In this document: one piece after another, positions 10,965-25,900 of the stretch
Numbering within the stretch: position 1 is the stretch's first letter
Layout of the letters: each line of letters starts with the position of its first letter
Source: Nymphaea colorata
Lineage: Eukaryota
DNA: 64,000 bases
Direction: 5' to 3'
Assembly (NCBI RefSeq): GCF_008831285.2
Contig: NC_045138.2
Location: 13,082,001-13,146,000, forward strand
Made by a program: the position numbers and the translations under genes
Notes under the pieces: generated by a model
Database searches by the model: none
What the model saw: the letters and a program-made list of their open reading frames with translations, nothing else
What the model was told of the DNA's origin: nothing

Positions 10965-13900
10965 TTTTAAACATGGTCTAGACAGGGGTTAATATTTTAA
11001 AATTCACATCCACATTAAAAATATACATTCGACATCTTAGACCGGATAAGGTGAGATCTATGTTCAGCTGGTTGTTCAAAATCTTGAGTCCAACATCCCA
11101 GACCGGATCAGGTGAGACCTCTGATCTTGACCGTTTTTTCAAATCCCAAATCCAACATCCCAAACCGGATTGGATGAGACCTCTAATCCGTATCATATAT
11201 ATATTCAAAATCTTGAATCCAACATCCCAGACCAGATCAGGTGAGACCTCTGATCTTGACCATTGGTCGAAATCCCAAATCCACATCCCAAACCGGATTG
11301 GATGAGACCTCTAATCCGTATCACATATATAAGTTTAAAATCCAACGTCCTAGACCATTTAAAATCAGACTTGTATTTTAAATCTTAGGATGGAATCCCA
11401 AATTCCATTTGGCAAGCCGGACTAGATCGGACCTCTCATCTATCTCTTATATCAAAATTTCAAATCCCGTCTCATATATTTGATCACATGAAACAGATGG
11501 GTGGCTTTTTGATTTCCTGTAAATTCTTTTCACATCCCTTAGGAGTTTTTGAAATCACTTGAAGAATATTACTTTGTCTATATAGATCTTCAAATCTTCT
11601 CAATTCCTTGTATTTGATTTAAAATATTTCCTAAATGCTTGTCAAATTCTCAAAGTTTTTCAATGCACTTTTCCATTTTGATGTTTGTTGGTTATAGTGG
11701 ATTGAATGAATTTTTAAAATGATTTTAAGCGTGGTGTAAAGTAGAGGTTCGAGTTTTAAAGTTCAAAATCCAATCCATTATTTGAGACTGTAGAAAACTA
11801 GACCTCCAATCAGAAGCTTTGGTCTAAATCCTGCATGCAACATGCTAGACCGGATCAGTGCTGACCTCTGATTCAAACATTAGCTCCGAATCCCTAATTC
11901 AACACCTCATACCAGATCAGATTAGACCTCTGATCTATTTTTAGATGCAAACCCTAAATCAAACGTCATAGAACCGATACAAATGGTTTATGAATCTTTG
12001 AAATCGTTTCCTGTTTTATAAATCTTTGAAACCACTCTCTAAGTTTTCCAAAATTTTGTAAATTGACATCAAATTCTTATTATTGATTTTCTTGGAATTT
12101 TCTCAATTTCACCAGAGATCTTCAATTTTTTTGGATTTGATTTCGCACTTCTCTTAAATCATTGCTAAATTCTCAAGTTTGTAAATGCACCTTCAACTTT
12201 TAGGTTTCTAAATTCCATTGGATCGTATGTATACTCAAAGCGATTTTAAACATGGTCTAGACTTGGGTTAATATTTGAAAATTCACATCCACATTCAAAA
12301 TATACATTCGACATCCTAGACCGGATAAGGTGAGATCTATGTTCCAGCTGGTTGTTCAAAATCTTGAGTCCAACATCCCAGACCGATTAGGTGAGACCTC
12401 TGATCTTGACCGTTTTTTCGAAATCCCAAATCCAACATCCCAAACCGGATTGGATGAGACCTCTAATCCGTATCATATATATATTCAAAATCTTGAATCC
12501 AACATCCCAGACCAGATCAGGTGAGACCTCTGATCTTGACCATTGGTCGAAAACCCAAATCCAACATCCCAAACCGGATTGGATGAGACCTCTAATCCGT
12601 ATCACATATATAAGTTTAAAATCCAACGTCCTAGACAATTTAAAATCAGACTTGTATTTTAAATCTTAGGATGGAATCCCAAATTCCATTTGGCAAGCCG
12701 GACTAGATCGGACCTCTCATCTATCTCTTATATCAAAATTTCAAATCCCGTCTCATATATTTGATCACATGAAACGGATGGGTGGCTTTTTGATTTCCTG
12801 TAAATTCTTTTCACATCCCTTAGGAGTTTTTGAAATCACTTGAAGAATATTACTTTGTCTATATAGATCTTCGAATCTTCTCAATTCCTTGTCTTTGATT
12901 TAAAATATTTCCTAAATGCTTGTCAAATTCTCAAAGTTTTTCAATGCACTTTTCCATTTTGATGTTTGTTGGTTATAGGGATTGAATGAATTTTTAAAAT
13001 GATTTTAAGCGTGGTGTAAAGTAGAGGTTCGAGTTTTAAAGTTCAAAATCCAATCCAGCATTTGAGACTGTAGAAAACTAGACCTCCAATCAGAAGCTTT
13101 GGTCTAAATCCTGCATGCAACATGGTAGACCGGATCAGTGCTGACCTCTGATTCAAACATTAGCTCCGAATCCCTAATTCAACACCTCATACCAGATCAG
13201 ATTAGACCTCTGATCTATTTATTAGATGCAAACCCTAAATCAAACGTCATAGAACCGATACAAATGGTTTATGAATCTTTGAAATCGTTTCCTATTTTAT
13301 AAATCTTTGAAACCACTCTCTAAGTTTTCCAAAATTTTGTAAATTGACTTCAAATTCTTATTATTGATTTTCTTGGAATTTTCTCAATTTCACCAGAGAT
13401 CTTCAATTTTTTTGGATTTGATTTCGCACTTCTCTTAAATCATTGCTAAATTCTCAAGTTTGTAAATGCACCTTTCAACTTTTAAGTTTCTAAATTCCAT
13501 TGGATCGTATGTATACTCAAAGCGATTTTAAACATGGTCTAGACTTGGGTTAATATTTGAAGATTCACATCCACATTCAAAATATACATTCGACATCCGA
13601 GACCGGATAAGGTGAGATCTATGTTCCAGCTGGTTGTTCAAAATCTTGAGTCCAACATCCCAGACCGGATTAGGTGAGACCTCTGATCTTGACCGTTTTT
13701 TCGAAATCCCAAATCCAACATCCCAAACCGGATTGGATGAGACCTCTAATCCGTATCATATATATATTCAAAATCTTGAATCCAACATCCCAGACCAGAT
13801 CAGGTGAGACCTCTGATCTTGACCATTGGTCGAAATCCCAAATCCAACATCCCAAACCGGATTGGATGAGACCTCTAATCCGTATCACATATATAAGTTT

Positions 13901-16900
13901 AAAATCCAACGTCCTAGACCATTTAAAATCAGACTTGTATTTTAAATCTTAGGATGGAATCCCAAATTCCATTTGGCAAGCCGACTAGATCGGACCTCTC
14001 ATCTATCTCTTATATCAAAATTTCAAATCCGTCTCATATATTTGTCACATGAAACGGATGGGTGGCTTTTTGATTTCCTGTAAATTCTTTTCACATCCTT
14101 AGGAGTTTTTGAAATCACTTGAAGAATATTACTTTGTCTATATAGATCTCGAATCTTCTCAATTCTTGTTTTGATTTAAATATTTCCTAAATGCTTGTCA
14201 AATTCTCAAGTTTTTCAATGCACTTTTCATTTTGATGTTTGTTGGTTATAGTGGATTGAATGAATTTTTAAAATGATTTTAAGCGTGGTGTAAAGTAGAG
14301 GTTCGAGTTTTAAAGTTCAAAATCCAATCCAGCATTTGAGACTGTAAAAAACTAGACAAACAAATAAATCAAGAAAGGATCTTTGATCTAAATCTTTCAC
14401 ATCCTTAGGAGTTTTTGAAATCACTTGAAGAATATTACTTTGTCTATAAGATCTCGAATCTTCTAATTCTTGTATTTGATTTAAATATTTTAAATGCTTG
14501 TAATTCTCAAGTTTTCAATGCACTTTCATTTTGATGTTTTTTTATGGATTGAATGAATTTTAAAAGATTTTAAGCGTGGTTAAGTGAGGTTCGAGTTTTA
14601 AAGTTCAAAATCCAATAACTAGACTAACCAATCAGAAGCTTTGGTCTAAATCCTACATGCAACATCCTAGACCGGATCAGTGCTGACCTCTGATCCAAAC
14701 ATTAGCTCCGAATCCTAATTCAACACCTCATAGCAGATCAGATTAGACCTCTGATCTATTTTTTAGATGCAAACCCTAAATCAAACGTCATAGAACCGAT
14801 ACAAATGGTTTATGAATCTTTGAAATCGTTTCCTGTTTTATAAATCTTTGAAACCACTCTCTAAGTTTTCCAAAATTTTGTAAATTGACATCAAATTCTT
14901 ATTATTGATTTTCTTGGAATTTTCTCAATTTCACCAGAGATCTTCAATTTTTTTGGATTTGATTTCGCACTTCTCTTAAATCATTGCTAAATTCTCAAGT
15001 TTGTAAATGCACCTCTCAACTTTTAGGTTTCTAAATTCCTTTGGATCGTATGTATACTCAAAACGATTTTAAACATGGTCTAGACTTGGGTTAATATTTG
15101 AAAATTCACATCCACATTCAAAATATACATTCGACATCCTAGACCGGATAAGGTGAGATCTATGTTCCAGCTGGTTGTTCAAAATCTTGAGTCCAACATC
15201 CCAGACCGGATCAGGTGAGACCTCTGATCTTGACCGTTTTTTCGAAATCCCAAATCCAACTTCCCAAACCGGATTGGATGAGACCTCTAATCCGTATCAT
15301 ATATATATTCAAAATCTTGAATCCAACATCCCAGACCAGATCAGGTGAGACCTCTGATCTTGACCATTCGTCGAAATCCCAAATCCAACATCCCAAACCG
15401 GATTGGATGAGACCTCTAATCCGTATCACATATATAAGTTTAAAATCCAACGTCCTAGACCATTTAAAATCAGACTTGTATTTTAAATCTTAGGATGGAA
15501 TCCCAAATTCCATTTGGCAAGCCGGACTAGATCGGACCTCTCATCTATCTCTTATATCAAAATTTCACATCACGTCTCATATATTCGGTCACATGAAACG
15601 GATGGGTGGCTTTTTGATTTCCTGTAAATTCTTTTCACATCCCTTAGGAGTTTTTGAAATCACTTGAAGAATATTACTTTGTCTATATAGATCATCGAAT
15701 CTTCTCAATTCCTTGTATTTGATTTAAAATATTTCCTAAATGCTTGTCAAATTCTCAAGTTTTTCAATGCACTTTTCTATTTTGATGTTTGTTGGTTATA
15801 GTGGATTGAATGAATTTTTAAAATGATTTTAAGCGTGGTGTAAAGTAGAGGTTCGAGTTTTAAAGTTCAAAATCCAATCCAGCATTTGAGACTGTAGAAA
15901 CTAGACCTCCAATCAGAAGCTTTGGTCTAAATCCTGCATGCAACATCCTAGACCGGATCAGTGCTGACCTCTGATCCAAACATTAGCTCGAATCCCTAAT
16001 TCAACACCTCATAGCAATCAGATTAGACCTCTGATCTATTTTTTAGATGCAAACCCTAAATCAAACGTCATAGAACCGATACAAATGGTTTATGAATCTT
16101 TGAAATCGTTTCCTGTTTTATAAATCTTTGAAACCACTCTCTAAGTTTTCCAAAATTTTGTAAATTGACATCAAATTCTTATTATTGATTTTCTTGGAAT
16201 TTTCTCAATTTCACCAGAGATCTTCAATTTTTTTGGATTTGATTTCGCACTTCTCTTAAATCATTGCTAAATTCTCAAGTTTGTAAATGCACCTCTCAAT
16301 TTTAGGTTTCTAAATTCCTTTGGATCGTATGTATACTCAAAACGATTTTAAACATGGTCTAGACTTGGGTTAATATTTGAAAATTCACATCCACATTCAA
16401 AATATACATTCGACATCCTAGACCGGATAAGGTGAGATCTATGTTCCAGCTGGTTGTTCAAAATCTTGAGTCCAACATCCCAGACCGGATCAGGTGAGAC
16501 CTCTGATCTTGACCGTTTTTTCGAAATCCCAAATCCAACATCCCAAACCGGATTGGATGAGACCTCTAATCCGTATCATATATATATTCAAAATCTTGAA
16601 TCCAACATCCCAGACCAGATCAGGTGAGACCTCTGATCTTGACCATTGGTCGAAATCCCAAATCCAACATCCCAAACCGGATTGGATGAGACCTCTAATC
16701 CGTATCACATATATAAGTTTAAAATCCAACGTCCTAGACCATTTAAAATCAGACTTGTATTTTAAATCTTAGGATGGAATCCCAAATTCCATTTGGCAAG
16801 CCGGACTAGATCGGACCTCTCATCTATCTCTTATATCAAAATTTCACATCACGTCTCATATATTCGGTCACATGAAACGGATGGGTGGCTTTTTGATTTC

Positions 16901-19900
16901 CTGTAAATTCTTTTCACATCCCTTAGGAGTTTTTGAAATCACTTGAAGAATATTACTTTGTCTATATAGATCATCGAATCTTCTCAATTCCTTGTATTTG
17001 ATTTAAAATATTTCCTAAATGCTTGTCAAATTCTCAAAGTTTTTCAATGCACTTTTCCATTTTGATGTTTGTTGGTTATAGTGGATTGAATGAATTTTTA
17101 AAATGATTTTAAGCGTGGTGTAAAGTGGAGGTTCGAGTTTTAAAGTTCAAAATCCAATCAACTAGACCTCCAATCAGAAGCTTTGGTCTAAATCCTGCAT
17201 GCAACATGCTAGACCGGATCAGTGCTGACCTCTGATTCAAACATTAGCTCCGAATCCCTAATTCAACACCTCATACAGATCAGATTAGACCTCTGATCTA
17301 TTTCTTAGATGCAAACCCTAAATCAAACGTCATAGAACCGATACAAATGGTTTATGAATCTTTGAAATCGTTTCCTGTTTTATAAATCTTTGAAACCACT
17401 CTCTAAGTTTTCCAAAATTTTGTAAATTGACTTCAAATTCTTATTATTGATTTTCTTGGAATTTTCTCAATTTCACCAGAGATCTTCAATTTTTTTGGAT
17501 TTGATTTCGCACTTCTCTTAAATCATTGCTAAATTCTCAAGTTTGTAAATGCACCTTTCAACTTTTAGGTTTCTAAATTCCATTGGATGTATGTATACTC
17601 AAACGATTTTAAACATGGTCTAGACTGGGGTTAATATTTTAAAATTCACATCCACATTAAAAATATACATTCGACATCTTAGACCGGATAAGGTGAGATC
17701 TATGTTCCAGCTGGTTGTTCAAAATCTTGAGTCCAACATCCCAGACCGGATCAGGTGAGACCTCTGATCTTGACCGTTTTTTCGAAATTCCAAATCCAAC
17801 ATCCCAAACCGGATTGGATGAGACCTCTAATCCGTATCATATATATATTCAAAATCTTGAATCCAACATCCCAGACCAGATCAGGTGAGACCTCTGATCT
17901 TGACCATTGGTCGAAATCCCAAATCCAACATCCCAAACCGGATTGGATGAGACCTCTAATCCGTATCACATATATAAGTTTAAAATCCAACGTCCTAGAC
18001 CATTTAAAATGAGACTTGTATTTTAAATCTTAGGATGAATCCCAAATTCCATTTGGCAAGCCGGACTAGATCGGACCTCTCATCTATCTCTTATATCAAA
18101 ATTTCAATCCGTCTCATATATTGGTCACATGAAACGGATGGGTGGCTTTTTGATTTCCTGTAAATTCTTTTCACATCCCTTAGGAGTTTTTGAAATCACT
18201 TGAAGAATATTACTTTGTCTATATAGATCATCGAATCTTCTCAATTCCTTGTATTTGATTTAAAATATTTCCTAAATGCTTGTCAAATTCTCAAAGTTTT
18301 TCAATGCACTTTTCCATTTTGATGTTTGTTGGTTATAGTGGATTGAATGAATTTTTAAAATGATTTTAAGCGTGGTGTAAAGTGGAGGTTCGAGTTTTAA
18401 AGTTCAAAATCCAATCAACTAGACCTCCAATCAGAAGCTTTGGTCTAAATCCTGCATGCAACATGCTAGACCGGATCAGTGCTGACCTCTGATCAAACAT
18501 TAGCTCCGAATCCCTAATTCAACACCTCATACCAGATCAGATTAGACCTCTGATCTATTTTTAGATGCAAACCCTAAATCAAACGTCATAGAACCGATAC
18601 AAATGGTTTATGAATCTTTGAAATCGTTTCCTGTTTTATAAATCTTTGAAACCACTCTCTAAGTTTTCCAAAATTTTGTAAATTGACATCAAATTCTTAT
18701 TATTGATTTTCTTGGAATTTTCTCAATTTCACCAGAGATCTTCAATTTTTTTGGATTTGATTTCGCACTTCTCTTAAATCGCTAAATTCTCAAGTTTGTA
18801 AATGCACCTTTCAACTTTTAGGTTTCTAAATTCCATTGGATTGTATGTATACTCAAAGCGATTTTAAACATGGTCTAGACTGGGGTTAATATTTTAAAAT
18901 TCACATCCACATTAAAAATATACATTCGACATCTTAGACCGGATAAGGTGAGATCTATGTTCCAGCTGGTTGTTCAAAATCTTGAGTCCAACATCCCAGA
19001 CCGGATCAGGTGAGACCTCTGATCTTGACCGTTTTTTCGAAATCCCAAATCCAACATCCCAAACCGGATTGGATGAGACCTCTAATCCGTATCATATATA
19101 TATTCAAAATCTTGAATCCAACATCCCAGACCAGATCAGGTGAGACCTCTGATCTTGACCATTGGTCAAATCCCAAATCCAACATCCCAAACCGGATTGG
19201 ATGAGACCTCTAATCCGTATCACATATATAAGTTTAAAATCCAACGTCCTAGACCATTTAAAATCAGACTTGTATTTTAAATCTTAGGATGAATCCCAAA
19301 TTCCATTTGGCAAGCCGGACTAGATCGGACCTCTCATCTCTCTTATATCAAAATTTCAAATCCGTCTCATATATTTGGTCACATGAAACGGATGGGTGGC
19401 TTTTTGATTTCCTGTAAATTCTTTTCACATCCCTTAGGAGTTTTTGAAATCACTTGAAGAATATTACTTTGTCTATATAGATCATCGAATCTTCTCAATT
19501 ACTTGTATTTGATTTAAAATATTTCCTAAATGCTTGTCAAATTCTCAAGTTTTTCAATGCACTTTTCATTTTGATGTTTGTTGGTTATAGTGGATTGAAT
19601 GAATTTTTAAAATGATTTTAAGCGTGGTGTAAAGTGGAGGTTCGAGTTTTAAAGTTCAAAATCCAATCCAGCATTTGAGACTGTAGAAACTAGACCTCCA
19701 ATCAGAAGCTTTGGTCTAAATCCTGCATGCAACATCCTAGACCGGATCAGTGCTGACCTCTGATCCAAACATTAGCTCGAATCCCTAATTCAACACCTCA
19801 TAGCAAATCAGATTAGACCTCTGATCTATTTTTTAGATGCAAACCCTAAATAAACGTCATAGAACCGATACAAATGGTTTATGAATCTTTGAAATCGTTT

Positions 19901-22900
19901 CCTGTTTTATAAATCTTTGAACCACTCTCTAAGTTTTCCAAAATTTTGTAAATTGACATCAAATTCTTATTATTGATTTTCTTGGAATTTTCTCAATTTC
20001 GCCAGAGATCTTCAATTTTTTTGGATTTGATTTCGCACTTCTCTTAAATCATTGCTAAATTCTCAAGTTTGTAAATGCACCTCTCAACTTTTAGGTTTCT
20101 AAATTCCTTTGGATCGTATGTATACTCAAAACGATTTTAAACATGGTCTGGACTTGGGTTAATATTTGAAAATTCACATCCACATTCAAAATATACATTC
20201 GACATCCTAGACCGGATAAGGTGAGATCTATGTTCCAGCTGGTTGTTCAAAATCTTGAGTCCAACATCCTAGACCGGATCAGGTGAGACCTCTGATCTTG
20301 ACCGTTTTTTCGAAATTCCAAATCCAACTTCCCAAACCGGATTGGATGAGACCTCTAATCCGTATCATATATATATTCAAAATCTTGAATCCAACATCCC
20401 AGACCAGATCAGGTGAACCTCTGATCTTGACCATTGGTCGAAATCCCAAATCCAACATCCCAAACCGGATTGGATGAGACCTCTAATCCGTATCACATAT
20501 ATAAGTTTAAAATCCAACGTCCTAGACCATTTAAAATCAGACTTGTATTTTAAATCTTAGGATGGAATCCCAAATTCCATTTGGCAAGCCGGACTAGATC
20601 GGACCTCTCATCTATCTCTTATATCAAAATTTCACATCACGTCTCATATATTCGGTCACATGAAACGGATGGGTGGCTTTTTGATTTCCTGTAAATTCTT
20701 TTACATCCCTTAGGAGTTTTTGAAATCACTTGAAGAATATTACTTTGTCTATATAGATCATCGAATCTTCTCAATTCCTTGTATTTGATTTAAAATATTT
20801 CATAAATGCTTGTCAAATTACAAAGTTTTTCAATGCACTTTTCCATTTTGATGTTTGTTGGTTATAGTGGATTGAATGAATTTTTAAAATGATTTTAAGC
20901 ATGGTGTAAAGTGGAGGTTCGAGTTTTAAAGTTCAAAATCCAATCAACTAGACCTCCAATCAGAATCTTTGGTCTAAATCCTGCATGCAACATGCTAGAC
21001 CGGATCAGTGCTGACCTATGATTCAAACATTAGCTCCGAATCCCTAATTCAACACCTCATACCAGATCAGATTAGACCTCTGATCTATTTCTTAGATGCA
21101 AACCCTAAATCAAACGTCATAGAACCGATACAATGGTTTATGAATCTTTGAAATCGTTTCCTGTTTTATAAATCTTTGAAACCACTCTCTAAGTTTTCCA
21201 AAATTTTGTAAATTGACTTCAAATTCTTATTATTGATTTTCTTGGAATTTTCTCAATTTCACCAGAGATCTTCAATTTTTTTGGATTTGATTTCGCACTT
21301 CTCTTAAATCATTGCTAAATTCTCAAGTTTGTAAATGTACCTTTCAACTTTTAGGTTTCTAAATTCCATTGGATCGTATGTATACTCGAAACGATTTTAA
21401 ACGTGGTCTAGACTGGGGTAATATTTTAAAATTCACATCCACATTAAAATATACATTCGACATCTTAGACCGGATAAGGTGAGATCTATGTTCCAGCTGG
21501 TTGTTCAAAATTTGAGTCCAACATCCCAGACCGGATCAGGTGAGACCTCTGATCTTGACCGTTTTTTCGAAATTCCGAATCCAACATCCCAAACCGGATT
21601 GGATGAGACCTCTAATCCATATCATATATATATTCAAGATCTTGAATCCAACATCCCAGACCAGATCAGGTGAGACCTCTGATCTTGACCATTGGTCAAA
21701 TCCCAAATCCAACATCCCAAACCGGATTGGATGAGACCTCTAATCCGTATCACATATATAAGTTTAAAATCCAACGTCCTAGACCATTTAAAATGAGACT
21801 TCTATTTTAAATCTTAGGATGTTATCCCAAATTCCATTTGGCAAGCCGGACTAGATCGACCTCTCATCTATCTCTTATATCAAAATTTCAAATCCCGTCT
21901 CATATATTTGGTCACATGAAACGGATGGGTGGCTTTTTGATTTCCTGTAAATTCTTTTACATCCCTTAGGAGTTTTTGAAATCACTTGAAGAATATTACT
22001 TTGTCTATATAGATCATCGAATCTTCTCAATTCCTTGTATTTGATTTAAAATATTTCATAAATGCTTGTCAAATTATCAAAGTTTTTCAATGCACTTTTC
22101 CATTTTGATGTTTGTTGGTTATAGTGGATTGAATGAATTTTTAAAATATTTTAAGCATGGTGTAAAGTGGAGGTTCGAGTTTTAAAGTTCAAAATCCAAT
22201 CAACTAGACCTCCAATCAGAAGCTTTGGTCTAAATCCTGCATGCAACATGCTAGACCGGATCAGTGCTGACCTCTGATTCAAACATTAGCTCCGAATCCC
22301 TAATTCAACACCTCATACCAGATCAGATTAGACCTCTGATCTATTTCTTAGATGCAAACCCTAAATCAAACGTCATAGAACCGATACAAATGGTTTATGA
22401 ATCTTTGAAATCGTTTCTTGTTTTATAAATCTTTGAAACCACTCTCTAAGTTTTCCAAAATTTTGTAAATTGACTTCAAATTCTTATTATTGATTTTCTT
22501 GGAATTTTCTCAATTTCACCAGAGATCTTCAATTTTTTTGGATTTGATTTCGCACTTCTGTTAAATCGTAAATTCTCAAGTTTGTAAATGCACCTTTCAA
22601 CTTTTAGGTTTCTAAATTCCATTGGATTGTATGTATACTCAAAGCGATTTTAAACATGGTCTAGACTGGGGTTAATATTTTAAAATTCACATCCACATTA
22701 AAAATATACATTCGACATCTTAGACCGGATAAGGTGAGATCTATGTTCCAGCTGGTTGTTCAAAATCTTGAGTCCAACATCCCAGACCGGATCAGGTGAG
22801 ACCTCTGATCTTGACCGTTTTTTTGAAATCCCAAATCCAACATCCCAAACCGGATTGGATAGACCTCTAATCCGTATCATATATATATTCAAAATCTTGA

Positions 22901-25900
22901 ATCCAACATCCCAGACCAGATCAGGTGAGACCTCTGATCTTGACCATTGGTCAAATCCCAAATCCAACATCCCAAACCGGATTGGATGAGACCTCTAATC
23001 CGTATCACATATATAAGTTTAAAATCCAACGTCCTAGACCATTTAAAATGAGACTTCTATTTTAAATCTTAGGATGTTATCCCAAACTCCATTTGGCAAG
23101 CCGGACTAGATCGGACCTCTCATCTCTCTTATATCAAAATTTCAAATCCCGTCTCATATATTTGGTCACATGAAACGGATGGGTGGCTTTTTGATTTCCT
23201 GTAAATTCTTTTCACATCCCTTAGGAGTTTTTGAAATCAGTTGAAGAATATTACTTTGTCTATATAGATCATCGAATCTTCTCAATTCCTTGTATTTGAT
23301 TTAAAATATTTCCTAAATGCTTGTCAAATTCTCCAAGTTTTTCAATGCACTTTTCATTTTGATGTTTGTTGGTTATAGTGGATTGAATGAATTTTTAAAA
23401 TGATTTTAAGCGTGGTGTAAAGTGGAGGTTCGAGTTTTAAAGTTCAAAATCCAATCAACTAGACCTCCAATCAGAAGCTTTGGTCTAAATCCTGCATGCA
23501 ACATTCTAGACCGGATCAGTGCTGACCTCTGATTCAAACATTAGCTCCGAATGCCTAATTCAACACCTCATACCAGATCAGATTAGACCTCTGATCTATT
23601 TCTTAGATGCAAACCCTAAATCAAACGTCATAGAACCGATACAAATGGTTTATGAATCTTTGAAATCGTTTCCTGTTTTATAAATCTTTGAAACCACTCT
23701 CTAAGTTTTCCAAAATTTTGTAAATTGACTTCAAATTCTTATTATTGATTTTCTTAGAATTTTCTCAATTTCACCAGAGATCTTCAATTTTTTTGGATTT
23801 GATTTCGCACTTCTCTTAAATCATTGCTAAATTCTCAAGTTTGTAAATGTACCTTTCAACTTTTAGGTTTCTAAATTCCATTGGATCGTATGTATACTCG
23901 AAACGATTTTAAACGTGGTCTAGACTGGGGCTAATATTTTAAAATTCACATCCACATTAAAAATATACATTCGACATCTTAGACCGGATAAGGTGAGATC
24001 TATGTTCCAGCTGGTTGTTCAAAATTTTGAGTCCAACATCCCAGACCGGATCAGGTGAGACCTCTGATCTTGACCGTTTTTTCGAAATTCCAAATCCAAC
24101 ATCCCAAACCGGATTGGATGAGACCTCTAATCCATATCATATATATATTCAAAATCTTGAATCCAACATCCCAGACCAGATCAGGTGAGACCTCTGATCT
24201 TGACCATTGGTCGAAATCCCAAATCCAACATCCCAAACCGGATTGGATGAGACCTCTAATCCGTATCACATATATAAGTTTAAAATCCAACGTCCTAGAC
24301 CATTTAAAATGAGACTTCTATTTTAAATCTTAGGATGTTATCCCAAATTCCATTTGGCAAGCCGGACTAGATCGAACCTCTCATCTATCTCTTATATCAA
24401 AATTTCAAATCCCGTCTCATATATTTGGTCACATGAAACGGATGGGTGGCTTTTTGATTTCCTGTAAATTCTTTTAACATCCCTTAGGAGTTTTTGAAAT
24501 CACTTGAAGAATATTACTTTGTCTATATAGATCATCGAATCTTCTCAATTCCTTGTATTTGATTTAAAATATTTCATAAATGCTTGTCAAATTATCAAAG
24601 TTTTTCAATGCACTTTTCCATTTTGATGTTTGTTGGTTATAGTGGATTGAATGAATTTTTAAAATGATTTTAAGCATGGTGTAAAGTGGAGGTTCGAGTT
24701 TTAAAGTTCAAAATCCAATCAACTAGACCTCCAATCAGAAGCTTTGGTCTAAATCCTGCATGCAACATGCTAGACCGGATCAGTGCTGAGCTCTGATTCA
24801 AACATTAGCTCCGAATCCCTAATTCAACACCTCATACCAGATCAGATTAGACCTCTGATCTATTTCTTAGATGCAAACCCTAAATCAAACGTCATAGAAC
24901 CGATACAAATGGTTTATGAATCTTTGAAATCGTTTCCTGTTTTATAAATCTTTGAAACCACTCTCTAAGTTTTCCAAAATTTTGTAAATTGACTTCAAAT
25001 TCTTATTATTGATTTTCTTGGAATTTTCACAATTTCACCAGAGATCTTCAATTTTTTTGGATTTGATTTCGCACTTCTGTTAAATCGTTAAATTCTCAAG
25101 TTTGTAAATGCACCTTTCAACTTTTAGGTTTCTAAATTCCATTGGATTGTATGTATACTCAAAGCGATTTTAAACATGGTCTAGACTGGGGTTAATATTT
25201 TAAAATTCACATCCACATTAAAAATATACATTCGACATCTTAGACCGGATAAGGTGAGATCTATGTTCCAGCTGGTTGTTCAAAATCTTGAGTCCAACAT
25301 CCCAGATCGGATCAGGTGAGACCTCTGATCTTGACCGTTTTTTTGAAATCCCAAATCCAACATCCCAAACCGGATTGGATAAGACCTCTAATTCGTATCA
25401 TATATATATTCAAAATCTTGAATCCAACATCCCAGACCAGATCAGGTGAGACCTCTGATCTTGACCATTGGTCAAAATCCCAAATCCAACATCCCAAACC
25501 GGATTGGATGAGACCTCTAATCCGTATCACATATATAAGTTTAAAATCCAACGTCCTAGACCATTTAAAATGAGACTTCTATTTTAAATCTTAGGATGTT
25601 ATCCCAAACTCCATTTGGCAAGCCGGACTAGATCGGACCTCTCATCTCTCTTATATCAAAATTTCAAATCCCGTCTCATATATTTGGTCACATGAAACGG
25701 ATGGGTGGCTTTTTGATTTCCTGTAAATTCTTTTCACATCCCTTAGGAGTTTTTGAAATCACTTGAAGAATATTACTTTGTCTATATAGATCATCGAATC
25801 TTCTCAATTCCTTGTATTTGATTTAAAATATTTCCTAAATGCTTGTCAAATTCTCCAAGTTTTTCAATGCACTTTTTCATTTTGATGTTTGTTGGTTATA

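Noticed and set aside
11030..11460. CRISPR-like look of palindromic repeats with variable linkers
   Set aside because: Eukaryotic context, no cas genes, and the linkers are repeated in every unit rather than being unique spacers.
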